A stretch of 32,000 nucleotides of DNA from Candidatus Methanoperedens sp. (GTDB lineage Archaea > Halobacteriota > Methanosarcinia > Methanosarcinales > Methanoperedenaceae): NCBI GenBank assembly GCA_027460535.1, contig JAPZAR010000023.1:1-32000 (forward strand), given 5' to 3'. Below the pieces are notes generated by a model. The model was not told the DNA's origin, made no database searches, and saw nothing but the letters and a program-made list of their open reading frames with translations. Positions 15,556 through 24,583 of the stretch are shown in pieces; position 1 is the stretch's first letter, and every line of letters begins with the position of its first letter. Both the position numbers and the translations under genes were made by a program.

Positions 15556-15588
15556 TTGGATAGAAAGATGGTCACATATTCCATAAGC
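15556..15588 (+). repeat. 33-bp direct repeat, copy 2 (intergenic, upstream of the PAC2 gene)
   Basis: Identical to 14346-14378. Read in the same frame it gives ..KDLRLDRKMVTYSISKR*, an alternative C-terminus for the caspase-like protein. Confidence 0.9.
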
Positions 15589-15687
15589 AAGCGATAACTT
15601 GAGTTCGGGAAGATGAATTATATGGAATGATTATATAGCATGAAATAATGATGACATGAAAAGAGGCTTTTTAGATCAGGAAAAGAT

Positions 15688-16437
15688 ATGGAATTAAGAT
15701 TCTTAAAGAAACCGGAATTGGAAAAACCTCGCATGCTAGTAGGACTTCCGGGTATGGGTATGGTTGCCAGGACTACTGTCAATTATTTTATGGAAATCTT
15801 GAAGCCTGAATTATTTGCGGATATTCCAATCCCTCATCTTTCACCTTCCATTGCCTTTTTTGAAAAAGGCCTGGTAGTACCGTTTGACAGGGAAATAAGC
15901 CCTTTTAAGTTCTTCTACTCGCAGAAAGAAAATATCATATTTTTCTCAGGTGACATCCAGTTTGGCTATGCTGTAAAGGATAATGAGCTCGCCGAGAAAA
16001 TAGTCGAAGCAGCACAGCTTTGCGGAGTTGACATTATTTATACGGTAATAGCGACACATGTACAAAGATTTGTTGAAGATCCGGAAGTATTCGGGGTTGC
16101 GACCACGCCTGAACTTCTGCTACACTTAGAAGGCAAAGGGGTAAAGATAGCGGATAGCAGCCTTCAAATAAGCGGGGTCAACGGCCTCGTGGTGGAATAT
16201 GCCTTGCGAAAAGGAATAAAAGGAATAGCCCTGCTCTGTGAGACCGCCTTTCCAGAGGCACTGGATATAAAAGCAAGTCATGCCGGAATAAAAAAAGTCT
16301 CCGAGCTTCTTGCTATTGACATTGATTTGAGCAGGATTGAAATTGAGGCGAAGAAATTTGATGAAGGTTTCAAGAAGTATTTGAAAGATACGCAGGAAAA
16401 GAAGAGAAAGGAAGAGGATCTGGGATATATAGGCTGA
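15688..16437 (+). CDS. PAC2-family (proteasome assembly chaperone-like) protein
   Basis: N-terminus ..LEKPRMLVGLPGMGMVARTTVNYFME.. matches the PAC2/archaeal Pba pattern (..GfpG.G.vg..a..yl). 249 aa with a charged C-terminal tail. Confidence 0.8.
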   Translation: MELRFLKKPELEKPRMLVGLPGMGMVARTTVNYFMEILKPELFADIPIPHLSPSIAFFEKGLVVPFDREISPFKFFYSQKENIIFFSGDIQFGYAVKDNELAEKIVEAAQLCGVDIIYTVIATHVQRFVEDPEVFGVATTPELLLHLEGKGVKIADSSLQISGVNGLVVEYALRKGIKGIALLCETAFPEALDIKASHAGIKKVSELLAIDIDLSRIEIEAKKFDEGFKKYLKDTQEKKRKEEDLGYIG

Positions 16438-16512
16438 AAGCAGCGTCATATTGATTCTGTTTTAACTAATAATAAAGCGATACTAAAATACCTTAATAAA
16501 AAATGTGATAAC

Positions 16513-16674
16513 ATGGGTGAAGTGGTAAAACTTCGGAAGTCCGATAATAGCCTGATAATCACCATACCAATAGAGATATGTGATAAGTTAGGCCTCAAAG
16601 AAGGGTCACAGGTGGAGATAGAGCCTTTTACCTGTGGCGGTGAAGTTGGAGCACGAATAAAACCAAAAAATTAA
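16513..16674 (+). CDS. AbrB/MazE/SpoVT-type DNA-binding small protein (antitoxin-like), orphan
   Basis: Not in the track (53 aa). MGEVVKLRKSDNSLIITIPIEICDKLGLKEGSQVEIEPFTCGGEVGARIKPKN* fits the swapped-hairpin AbrB pattern (..s..itIP.ei...lgl.eGd.vei). Confidence 0.6.
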   Translation: MGEVVKLRKSDNSLIITIPIEICDKLGLKEGSQVEIEPFTCGGEVGARIKPKN

Positions 16675-16746
16675 AAGAGGAGCATTGTTTTCTCTTAAGG
16701 CGCTATACTCATTAGTGGAAATTACTTAATGCACAAGGCATTTTTC

Positions 16747-17919
16747 CTAACATAACTTCCTGAACATCCTTGCCTGGAACCCGTGATACTTGCAATAACC
16801 TTCAGCATCCTTCTGGTCTATGGTCTTGCTGTCAAAGGATGAGAGATCTGCGGAATAGAGGGCAAATGGCGATGCTCTGGCGATGACCTTTGCGCTGCCT
16901 TTGTAGAGCCTGATCTTCACATTCCCGGTCACCCTTTCCTGGGTTCTGTCAATGAAGGCATTAAGATCGGAATACAGGGGTTCATCCACCAGACCTTTAT
17001 AAGCAAGCTCGCTCCACGTTTCATCAACACCTGACTTGAAACGCAGTTCGTCTCTTGTGAGAACAAGTTTTTCAAGATCTTTGTGAGCGGTCAGAAGTAT
17101 CGTGGCAGCGGGATGTTCATAATTCTCCCTGGCTTTAAGGCCCAGCACCCTGTCCTCGATCATATCCGTGCGCCCGACACCATGCGAACCTCCAATCCTG
17201 TTGAGTTCCTGTATCAATGGAACGCCAACCATCGAGTCACCATTCAACGATACCGGCACACCATTTTCAAAACCGATATCAATTACCTCTGCTTCAGGTG
17301 CGTTTTCCGGCGATACAGTCCATTCGAATATCTCTTCTGGGGGAATATAATCGGGTTCTTCAAGCCGTCCCCCCTCTATGCTGCGGCTCCAGATGTTCTC
17401 GTCAATGCTCCAGGGTTTGGATTTCGTGGCAGACACGGGTATCCCGTGTTTTTTTGCATAATCTATCTCCCACTCTCGGGTGAGGTTCATATCCCTCATC
17501 GGTGCAATGACATCAAGATCCGTGCCCCGGAATACTGCCTCGAACCGCAGCTGGTCGTTCCCCTTACCTGTGCAGCCATGAGCAAGCGCCTGGGCATTCT
17601 CTTTTTGCGCTATGTCCACTACTTTCCTTGCTATCAAGGGGCGTGCTATCGAAGTTCCTAGAACATAACCTTCGTAGCTGCCATTTGCTTTGATCAGAGG
17701 GAAGATGTAGTCTCTTACAAACTCTTCTTTGGCATCTATGGTATAATGTTTATCGCTTATCTGTTCTGCTTTTTTCTCTGCTTGTTTTATCTCTTTTTCA
17801 GGCTGCCCAACATCCACGGTCACCGTGATCGCGTAATCGCAACCGTAATTCTCTTTCAAAAGGGGTATACACACAGATGTGTCAAGTCCGCCTGAATATG
17901 CAAGTACTACTTTCTTCAT
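16747..17919 (-). CDS. argG: Argininosuccinate synthase
   Basis: [17 protein letters not shown]-terminal ATP pyrophosphatase motif and full-length similarity (390 aa). Confidence 0.95.
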   Translation of the reverse strand: MKKVVLAYSGGLDTSVCIPLLKENYGCDYAITVTVDVGQPEKEIKQAEKKAEQISDKHYTIDAKEEFVRDYIFPLIKANGSYEGYVLGTSIARPLIARKVVDIAQKENAQALAHGCTGKGNDQLRFEAVFRGTDLDVIAPMRDMNLTREWEIDYAKKHGIPVSATKSKPWSIDENIWSRSIEGGRLEEPDYIPPEEIFEWTVSPENAPEAEVIDIGFENGVPVSLNGDSMVGVPLIQELNRIGGSHGVGRTDMIEDRVLGLKARENYEHPAATILLTAHKDLEKLVLTRDELRFKSGVDETWSELAYKGLVDEPLYSDLNAFIDRTQERVTGNVKIRLYKGSAKVIARASPFALYSADLSSFDSKTIDQKDAEGYCKYHGFQARMFRKLC

Positions 17920-17978
17920 ACTTGCGGCATAATAGTTCGGAAAGATTAATAGTTTTTGTTATTGCAAAATGAAAGTAT

Positions 17979-18047
17979 TGTCCGAGGGGGGATTTCCACC
18001 CCCTAATAGCGACAGAAGAGCAACCCGTAGGAGGTATCGGGCTCGGA
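17979..18047 (-). other. tRNA-like acceptor/T-arm minihelix element (not a canonical tRNA)
   Basis: GTCCGAG (17979-17985) pairs perfectly with CTCGGAC (18041-18047). A GGGGG-7nt-CCCCC hairpin (17986-18002) abuts the stem. On the minus strand this mimics acceptor stem plus T arm, but the loop is UGGAAAU and no anticodon arm can be drawn. Confidence 0.2.
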
Positions 18048-18157
18048 CGCCGCTAAGTAATCATAACTATTATTCATAGTAATGATTATCATAATGTAAG
18101 CCTCCAATACATACTAGGTAGCCTTGCTATATATAAAGATTTCCATGGTGCATAATC

Positions 18158-18164
18158 AAAAAAA
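18158..18164 (-). terminator. Oligo-T tract (T7 on the minus strand) just after the sucD stop
   Basis: The minus strand reads ...AAAAAATAA TA TTTTTTT GATTATG, with the run starting 3 nt after the stop codon. Confidence 0.35.
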
Positions 18165-18166
18165 TA

Positions 18167-19042
18167 TTATTTTTTTAATATAGTATTAATCTGGCGCACA
18201 ATATCCGCCGGGCTTTTCCCCACAGCTATCCCGGCGTTCTCAAATGCCTGTATTTTCAGAAGTGCAGTGCCGCTCCCGGCAGAGATAATGGCACCAGCAT
18301 GGCCCATAGTTTTATCGGGCGGAGCCGAAACACCTACTATATACGCCAGAACTGGCTTGCTCATCCTATTTATGAAATCGATAGCATCTTCCTCGGCGCT
18401 ACCCCCTATCTCGCCTACGAGTACAACGGCGTGTGTCTCCAGGTCATCTTCGAATAATTTTAGAATATCCACGAACGAAGTCCCTGAAACCTGATCCCCT
18501 CCTATTCCCACGGAAGTTGACTGTCCGATACCGTTCCTGGAGAGGAGGTCAATTATCTCATAAGTAAGCGTCCCGCTTCTTGAAACAAGGCCGACATTTC
18601 CAGGCATGTGGATTCTATTCGGCATTATTCCCGCCTTTGATTCTCCCGGGGTGGTAATGCCGGGGCAATTCGGTCCTAGAAGTGTTGATGAGGAGCCTTC
18701 AAGATAAGCGCATATCCGAATCATGTCATGTACGGGAATACCCTCGGTTATGGCCACGATGAGTTCTATGTTGCTATCAATGGCTTCAAAAATAGCATCG
18801 GGTGCGAATTTGGGGGGAACAAAAATAACAGATGCATTCGGTTTTACGCTGTCCGCAGCTTCTTTGACATAGTTAAAAACAGGGATACCATGAATCATTT
18901 CCCCTCCTTTTCCAGGTGTGACCCCGGCGACAATATTCGTGCCAAATTCCAGCATCTGTTGTGCCTGGAATGAACCTTCATGGCCTGTGATCCCCTGGAT
19001 CAGGACCCGTGTATCTTTATTGATCAGGATTCCCAAGTTCAA
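18167..19042 (-). CDS. sucD: Succinyl-CoA synthetase (ADP-forming) alpha subunit
   Basis: ..RVLIQGITGHEGSFQAQQMLEFGTNIVAGVTPGKGG.. and the phosphohistidine loop MGHAGAII. TTG start at 19042; 26-nt overlap with sucC. Confidence 0.9.
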   Translation of the reverse strand: MNLGILINKDTRVLIQGITGHEGSFQAQQMLEFGTNIVAGVTPGKGGEMIHGIPVFNYVKEAADSVKPNASVIFVPPKFAPDAIFEAIDSNIELIVAITEGIPVHDMIRICAYLEGSSSTLLGPNCPGITTPGESKAGIMPNRIHMPGNVGLVSRSGTLTYEIIDLLSRNGIGQSTSVGIGGDQVSGTSFVDILKLFEDDLETHAVVLVGEIGGSAEEDAIDFINRMSKPVLAYIVGVSAPPDKTMGHAGAIISAGSGTALLKIQAFENAGIAVGKSPADIVRQINTILKK

Positions 19043-20123
19043 TCACTCTCCCTGCAGCTTCTTCTGTAGACATCGCAAATGTTATTCCGAGCCCTTCAAG
19101 CATCGCTCGCCCCTTTTCCTCATTGGTCCCGGCGAGCCTGATGACTATTGGCAGATTGATTTCCGACCCGGCATCGATAATTCCCCGGGCTACCTCATCG
19201 CATTTGGTGAGACCGCCGAAAATGTTGATAAGCACGGTTTTCACGTTCTTATTGGATGATACGATTCTCAGGGCAGTCTTTACCTGTTCAGCATTTGCCC
19301 CGGCTCTAACATCCATGAAATTTGCAGGATCGCCTCCATGCTGCTTGATCATGTCCAGGGTCGCCATTGCAAGACCCGCACCATTGACTATGCACCCGAT
19401 ATCCCCATCAAGACCCACGTAGCTCATCCCGTTTTTCTTTGCAAGAGCAGCAAGTGCGTCAGGTTCTTCTCCCTCAACATCCTGCCTGAAAAGAGCATTA
19501 TCGTCTACTATCATCTTTGCGTCAAGAGCAAAAATCCCTTCAGTTGTCAAAGCAAGAGGGTTGATCTCCGCAAGTATGCAATCATTATCTATAAAAACGT
19601 GATACAGCTTTTTAATCACTTCAGCGATCCCGGCTGAATTTTCCCTGTCCAGGAAAGACGCAAGGTTCCTTGCCTGATAATCGTGTATCCCGGTGAGCGG
19701 GTTAATGTGTACCCGCATGATCTTTTCCTGTGAAATTCTGGAGATCTCCTCGATATCGACACCGCCTTCCTGGCTGACAATTATGATGGGACGGCGCGCC
19801 GACCTATCGATGGTTATCCCAAGGTACATCTCCTTTTCTGCTTTCTTATATTCCTCGACAAGGACTTTTCTTACAGGCATTCCTTTTATTGACATGCCAA
19901 GAATCCGCCGGGCTTCCTTTACTGCATCAACCTGGTTTGATGCGACAGCAATACCGCCTGCCTTCCCCCGCCCTCCTGTGGCGACCTGCGCTTTTACGAC
20001 TACAACACCAAGTTTTACTGCATTTTCCCTGGCATCATTGGGATCAATAATCACATTTCCTTTTGGTATCGGAATGCCGTATTTTAAAAATATATCCTTG
20101 GCTGCGTATTCATAGAGTTTCAT
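19017..20123 (-). CDS. sucC: Succinyl-CoA synthetase beta subunit
   Basis: MKLYEYAAKDIFLKYGIPIPKG ATP-grasp N-terminus. I prefer ATG 20123 to the track's GTG 20132. Confidence 0.9.
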   Translation of the reverse strand: MKLYEYAAKDIFLKYGIPIPKGNVIIDPNDARENAVKLGVVVVKAQVATGGRGKAGGIAVASNQVDAVKEARRILGMSIKGMPVRKVLVEEYKKAEKEMYLGITIDRSARRPIIIVSQEGGVDIEEISRISQEKIMRVHINPLTGIHDYQARNLASFLDRENSAGIAEVIKKLYHVFIDNDCILAEINPLALTTEGIFALDAKMIVDDNALFRQDVEGEEPDALAALAKKNGMSYVGLDGDIGCIVNGAGLAMATLDMIKQHGGDPANFMDVRAGANAEQVKTALRIVSSNKNVKTVLINIFGGLTKCDEVARGIIDAGSEINLPIVIRLAGTNEEKGRAMLEGLGITFAMSTEEAAGRVIELGNPDQ

Positions 20124-20195
20124 GACCAACACCCCTTTTCTGGTTTGACAGTACCATCTAAATGATAGTTTATCAAAAGGAATTTAAATAGGTAT

Positions 20196-20207
20196 CTACA
20201 ATTGTAG
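20196..20207. promoter_or_regulatory. Perfect 12-bp palindrome CTACAATTGTAG between a TATA-like box and the argF start; possible operator
   Basis: ctacaattgtag is its own reverse complement. It lies 6 nt downstream of tttaaata (20183-20190) in the 83-bp sucC/argF divergent spacer. Confidence 0.25.
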
Positions 20208-21142
20208 TGCAAACCAATGGAAGTGTCCTGATTTTGCCAATTCATTTATTGTCTCTTGCAGATTTATCTTATATCGATATTATTTCAATACTTGAAACGG
20301 CATCTGACCTGAAGGAAAAAAGGGAAAGGGGAAAAACCCAGGACACCTTGAAAAATAGATCACTCGGTATGCTTTTTGAAAAATCATCTACCCGCACCCG
20401 CATATCATTCGAGGTAGCTATGACTGAACTTGGAGGCCATGCGATCTATCTGAATTATAAAGATATGCAGCTCGGGCGGGGGGAATCCCTCCCGGATACC
20501 GCACGTGTGATGTCGCGCTATGTTCATGCCATCATGGGCCGTGTGTACAAACATGAGACCCTCGTAGAACTTTCAAAACACGCTACCATACCTGTTATCA
20601 ATGGCCTGTCTGACCTTGAACATCCCTGCCAGTTACTTGCCGACCTTATGACGATCCGTGAATACAAAGGAAAATTCAAAGGACTGAATTTCACCTGGGT
20701 CGGGGATGGAAATAATGTATGCAATTCTGCCATTCTTGCTTGCGCCCTCATGGGCATGAAAATGACAGCGGCATGTCCCCCGGGATATGAGCCAGAGTCC
20801 GGGATCGTGGAAAAGGCAAAGGAACTCGGTGGAATAATCAATGTCATCGGCGACCCCGTGAAAGCCGCCAAGAATGCCGACATCCTGTACACAGATGTAT
20901 GGGTCTCAATGGGGAACGAAGAAGAATATGACAAGAGGATGCATGACCTGCGGCGATACCAGATCAACAGTAAGCTTTTAGAACAGGCCAAGCATGATGT
21001 GATGGTACTCCACTGCCTTCCGGCACACAGGGGCGAAGAGATCACTGCGGATGTGGTCGATGGACCGAACTCTGCTGTGTTTGACCAGGCAGAGAACAGG
21101 CTGCATACGCAGAAAGCACTGCTCCTGAAATTATTGTCTTAA
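20207..21142 (+). CDS. argF: Ornithine carbamoyltransferase
   Basis: Carbamoyl-phosphate motif [14 protein letters not shown], and the HCLP motif ([11 protein letters not shown]). There is no usable ATG, so the start is GTG 20207 or TTG 20234 ([11 protein letters not shown]..). Confidence 0.9.
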   Translation: MQTNGSVLILPIHLLSLADLSYIDIISILETASDLKEKRERGKTQDTLKNRSLGMLFEKSSTRTRISFEVAMTELGGHAIYLNYKDMQLGRGESLPDTARVMSRYVHAIMGRVYKHETLVELSKHATIPVINGLSDLEHPCQLLADLMTIREYKGKFKGLNFTWVGDGNNVCNSAILACALMGMKMTAACPPGYEPESGIVEKAKELGGIINVIGDPVKAAKNADILYTDVWVSMGNEEEYDKRMHDLRRYQINSKLLEQAKHDVMVLHCLPAHRGEEITADVVDGPNSAVFDQAENRLHTQKALLLKLLS

Positions 21143-21250
21143 CCCTTATTGCGGGGGCAAAGGCGTAGGATTCAGGGGTATACGAAACATAACATAAGAT
21201 TTATGACTAAGAATCACGAAAAAAGCATAGAAAACGTTGGAATTTATCCG

Positions 21251-21258
21251 ATATATAA
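21251..21258 (+). promoter_or_regulatory. TATA box for the tRNA-Leu gene
   Basis: atatataa is centred ~28 nt upstream of the mature tRNA 5' end. A 6-bp inverted repeat ttacgc/gcgtaa lies between them. Confidence 0.4.
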
Positions 21259-21282
21259 CTTACGCGATGTATGGCGTAAAAT

Positions 21283-21367
21283 GCGAGGGTCGCCCAGTCC
21301 GGTCAAAGGCGTTAGCTTCAGGGGCTAATCCCGCAGGGGTTCGTGGGTTCAAATCCCATCCCTCGCA
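21283..21367 (+). tRNA. tRNA-Leu (anticodon CAG)
   Basis: Hand fold: acceptor GCGAGGG/CCCTCGC plus discriminator A. D arm GCCC..AGGC. Anticodon arm TTAGC-TTCAGGG-GCTAA (CAG). Long variable arm CCCGCAGGGG. T arm GTGGG-TTCAAAT-CCCAT. No encoded CCA. Confidence 0.9.
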
Positions 21368-21523
21368 TAAAATCTCATTTCTGGTTACTTCTTTAGAGGA
21401 CATGTTCGAGAAAATGTTCAGAGAGATGAGAAATTCACCGGATGCTGTGCTCAAATAAAATAAGATATATTTTTGTACATACCTCTCAATTAAGACCATA
21501 TTCTCGTATCCAAAAATCAAGGA

Positions 21524-23041
21524 ATGAATATAATGGAACCTTACTTTCACCTGAAGGGCAGTTATAAAACAAGCGCCGACGCATCCGCTGCACGCGCTGA
21601 AATCGAAAAGTTCATTGAAGAAGCAAAAACAACTATACTGCAAAAAGGCGTCCCAGCAGGGAGAGGCGCGAGGATTCTTGAATGGGACATCAGGGATAAC
21701 AGCGTGTTCTTCGATATAGAATCGGACCGATACCTTCGAGCCCATGATGCCTTCATAAGGCTTCGCAAGCCCCTCGCAGGCGTACTTGGTAAGGAATACA
21801 GGATAGGAGTAAGAGGGGCGGAAATCGAGGAATTCATAGTTTCATTGCCTTCCGAACAGCAGCTGCAGGCCAAAAAAATACCCCATGTGAAAACAATCGA
21901 ATTCAAAGAAGGGATGATAACCCTCTCGCTCGATGTCGGGGAAGCCGAACTTGAGAACAAGGTTCCCGACAGGATTATCTCTCTCATCGAGGACAAGATA
22001 GCGGCGCAAAGCTTCGGCGGCAAGGCTGAGCACTGGAGCCTGATGTGGGAAAGCCCCAGGAAAGAGATGAAATTCAAAGCAGACCCGACGGTTGAGGCCG
22101 AAAAGAGGGGATGGATAAGGCGCTCAGTTGGCCGCGGCCAGTGGATACACGGGGCTCAGATGACCCGCATCTTCAGGACATTTGAGCAGATCGTCCTGGA
22201 AGAGGTGATAGAGCCCCTTGGTTACACAGAGATGCTATTCCCAAAGCTTGACCCGTGGGACGTATTGAAACATTCAGGTCATGCAAAGGGCGTGTATCCT
22301 GAGATATATTACGTCTGCCCCCCAAAGACAAGAGACCCCGCATTCTGGGAGGAGGTTATTGATTCTTACAAGGTCACACTTGAAGTGCCCCTTGACCTCA
22401 TCGCCGAGAAGATCGATAAACCCCTCGGCGCCATGTGCTATGCCCAATGCCCGTCATTCTGGCCATTCCTTCAGGGAAAGACCATCGCAGAAGATTCCCT
22501 TCCCATTAAGGTTTTTGACCGCTCCGGCACATCGCACAGGTATGAGAGCGGCGGCATACATGGCATGGAGAGGGTGGATGAATTCCACAGGATAGAGCTT
22601 GTTTTCATAGGCACCCAGGAGCAGGTCACCGCCCATTCAAAGAATATGCAGGAATGCTACAAGCGAATCTTCAATGACATACTTGACCTTGAATGGAGAA
22701 TGGCATGGGTCACACCCTGGTTCATGGCCCAGGAAGGGCTTACCGGGCTTGCCGAGAAAAAGGATGTGGGTACCATTGATTTCGAGGCGCCGCTGCCATA
22801 TCGCGGAAAAGACGGCGAGTGGCTTGAGTTCCAGAACCTGAGCATCAATGGCGATAAGTATCCAAAGGGCTTCAATGTGAAATCTCAGTCAGGAAAGGAG
22901 GTATGGAGCGGATGCTCCGGCATCGGACTTGAGAGGTGGGCGAGCACGTTCTTTGCACAGAAAGGATTTGATCAGAAGGACTGGCCGGATAAGTTCATGG
23001 AGAAGGTAGGGGAGATGCCGAAAGGGATAAGGTTCATGTGA
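21524..23041 (+). CDS. serS: Seryl-tRNA synthetase, methanogen-type (type 2, atypical)
   Basis: ~505 aa. The N-terminal ..[28 protein letters not shown]...[38 protein letters not shown].. closely parallels, from memory, the Methanosarcina barkeri atypical SerRS N-terminal domain. Class II core follows downstream. Confidence 0.9.
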   Translation: MNIMEPYFHLKGSYKTSADASAARAEIEKFIEEAKTTILQKGVPAGRGARILEWDIRDNSVFFDIESDRYLRAHDAFIRLRKPLAGVLGKEYRIGVRGAEIEEFIVSLPSEQQLQAKKIPHVKTIEFKEGMITLSLDVGEAELENKVPDRIISLIEDKIAAQSFGGKAEHWSLMWESPRKEMKFKADPTVEAEKRGWIRRSVGRGQWIHGAQMTRIFRTFEQIVLEEVIEPLGYTEMLFPKLDPWDVLKHSGHAKGVYPEIYYVCPPKTRDPAFWEEVIDSYKVTLEVPLDLIAEKIDKPLGAMCYAQCPSFWPFLQGKTIAEDSLPIKVFDRSGTSHRYESGGIHGMERVDEFHRIELVFIGTQEQVTAHSKNMQECYKRIFNDILDLEWRMAWVTPWFMAQEGLTGLAEKKDVGTIDFEAPLPYRGKDGEWLEFQNLSINGDKYPKGFNVKSQSGKEVWSGCSGIGLERWASTFFAQKGFDQKDWPDKFMEKVGEMPKGIRFM

Positions 23042-23093
23042 AAAAATGACTCACAAAACCTTAAAATAGCATAGTCTCCAACTTAAATACCGG

Positions 23094-24575
23094 GTGAAGT
23101 GTTTGCATGAGTATAAACTTTTCATAAATGGCGAATGGACAGAATCAAGCACGGGAGAGACTTTTGATGATATCAACCCGGCAACCCTCGATGTGATAGC
23201 GAAACTCCATAAGGCATCAAAGGAGGACGTGTCTCGCGCAGTTGACAGCGCGGAGGATGCCTTTGACGCGTGGAGCTGCACGCCTGCCCCCAGGCGTGCG
23301 AAGATACTTTTCAGCGCTGCAAGGATGCTTGAGGAGCGAAAGGAAGAGCTTGCGCGTCTCATGACGGCTGAGATGGGAAAAATCCTGAAGGAAACACGGG
23401 GTGATGTCCAGGAAGCCATCGATATAACATATTATGCAGCTGGTGAGGGGCGCCGTCTCCTCGGCGAGACCACGCCTTCCGAATTACCTGACAAATTCGC
23501 CATGACCGTTCGCCGACCGATAGGTGTGGTCGGGCTGATCACTCCCTGGAATTTTCCAATAGCGATACCTGCATGGAAAATAATGCCTGCGCTCATATCC
23601 GGAAACACGATCGTGTTCAAGCCCGCAAGCGATACGCCGCTGCTGTCAATTGAACTCGTTAAAATTCTTGCTGAAGCAGGACTTCCGGAGGGCGTTTTAA
23701 ATCTCGTGATGGGAGAAGGCAAGAGCGTGGGCGGGGCGATCGTCCATGACAGGAAGATCCGTGCGGTATCTTTCACGGGCTCGCTTGCGACAGGCAAATG
23801 GATACTTGGCGAGGCAGGCAAGGATATGAAAAGAGTTTCTCTTGAACTCGGCGGGAAAAATCCTATTATAGTGATGGATGATGCCAACCTCGATCTTGCC
23901 ATCGATGGCGTCCTGTGGGGGGCTTTCGGGACTACTGGACAGCGCTGCACCGCCGCAAGCCGCGTTATAGTGCATGAAAAAATACTGCCCGAATTCCAGA
24001 AGAGATTCATTCAGAGGACAAAACGGCTAAAGCTGGGTAATGGTCTTGATGAAAATATTGATGTCGGGCCGGTCATCAATGGTTCGCAGCTTCAAAAAAT
24101 CGCAAAGTATGTCGCGATCGGAAAAGATGAAGGAGCAAAACTGGCGCTTGGAGGAAATACAATAAAGCCACTGCCGGGATACTTTTTTGAGCCCACCATT
24201 TTTACAGATGTCGCTCCTGATATGCGGATAGCGCAGGAAGAGATATTTGGACCTGTGGTATCTCTGATCAAGGCCGGAGACCTTGACGAGGCGATAAACA
24301 TCGCCAACTCGGTGGAATACGGTCTCTCTTCTTCCATCTATACGGAAAACATGACAAGCGCATTCAGGGCGATTGAAAAAATCGAAGCTGGTATCACGTA
24401 TGTAAACGCCCCGACGATAGGTTCTGAGATCCACCTGCCCTTTGGGGGTGTGAAATCCACAGGGAACGGCACGCGTGAAGCCGGTACAACCGCTATAGAG
24501 GAGTTCACGGAGCTAAAAACAGTATATTTCGATTACAGCGGAAAACTTCAGAAAGCGCAGATAGACATAGAGTAG
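23094..24575 (+). CDS. NAD(P)+-dependent aldehyde dehydrogenase (possibly semialdehyde dehydrogenase)
   Basis: ALDH family motifs ELGGKNP and FGTTGQRCTA (catalytic Cys); 493 aa. Start is GTG 23094 (no in-frame ATG nearby). Confidence 0.85.
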   Translation: MKCLHEYKLFINGEWTESSTGETFDDINPATLDVIAKLHKASKEDVSRAVDSAEDAFDAWSCTPAPRRAKILFSAARMLEERKEELARLMTAEMGKILKETRGDVQEAIDITYYAAGEGRRLLGETTPSELPDKFAMTVRRPIGVVGLITPWNFPIAIPAWKIMPALISGNTIVFKPASDTPLLSIELVKILAEAGLPEGVLNLVMGEGKSVGGAIVHDRKIRAVSFTGSLATGKWILGEAGKDMKRVSLELGGKNPIIVMDDANLDLAIDGVLWGAFGTTGQRCTAASRVIVHEKILPEFQKRFIQRTKRLKLGNGLDENIDVGPVINGSQLQKIAKYVAIGKDEGAKLALGGNTIKPLPGYFFEPTIFTDVAPDMRIAQEEIFGPVVSLIKAGDLDEAINIANSVEYGLSSSIYTENMTSAFRAIEKIEAGITYVNAPTIGSEIHLPFGGVKSTGNGTREAGTTAIEEFTELKTVYFDYSGKLQKAQIDIE

Positions 24576-24583
24576 GAGGGATC

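Noticed and set aside
17979-18047. Calling the acceptor/T-arm-like element a genuine tRNA gene
   Set aside because: The T-loop sequence UGGAAAU lacks the conserved UUC. Position 8 is C. No anticodon stem-loop can be formed. At 69 nt it has an unstructured centre.
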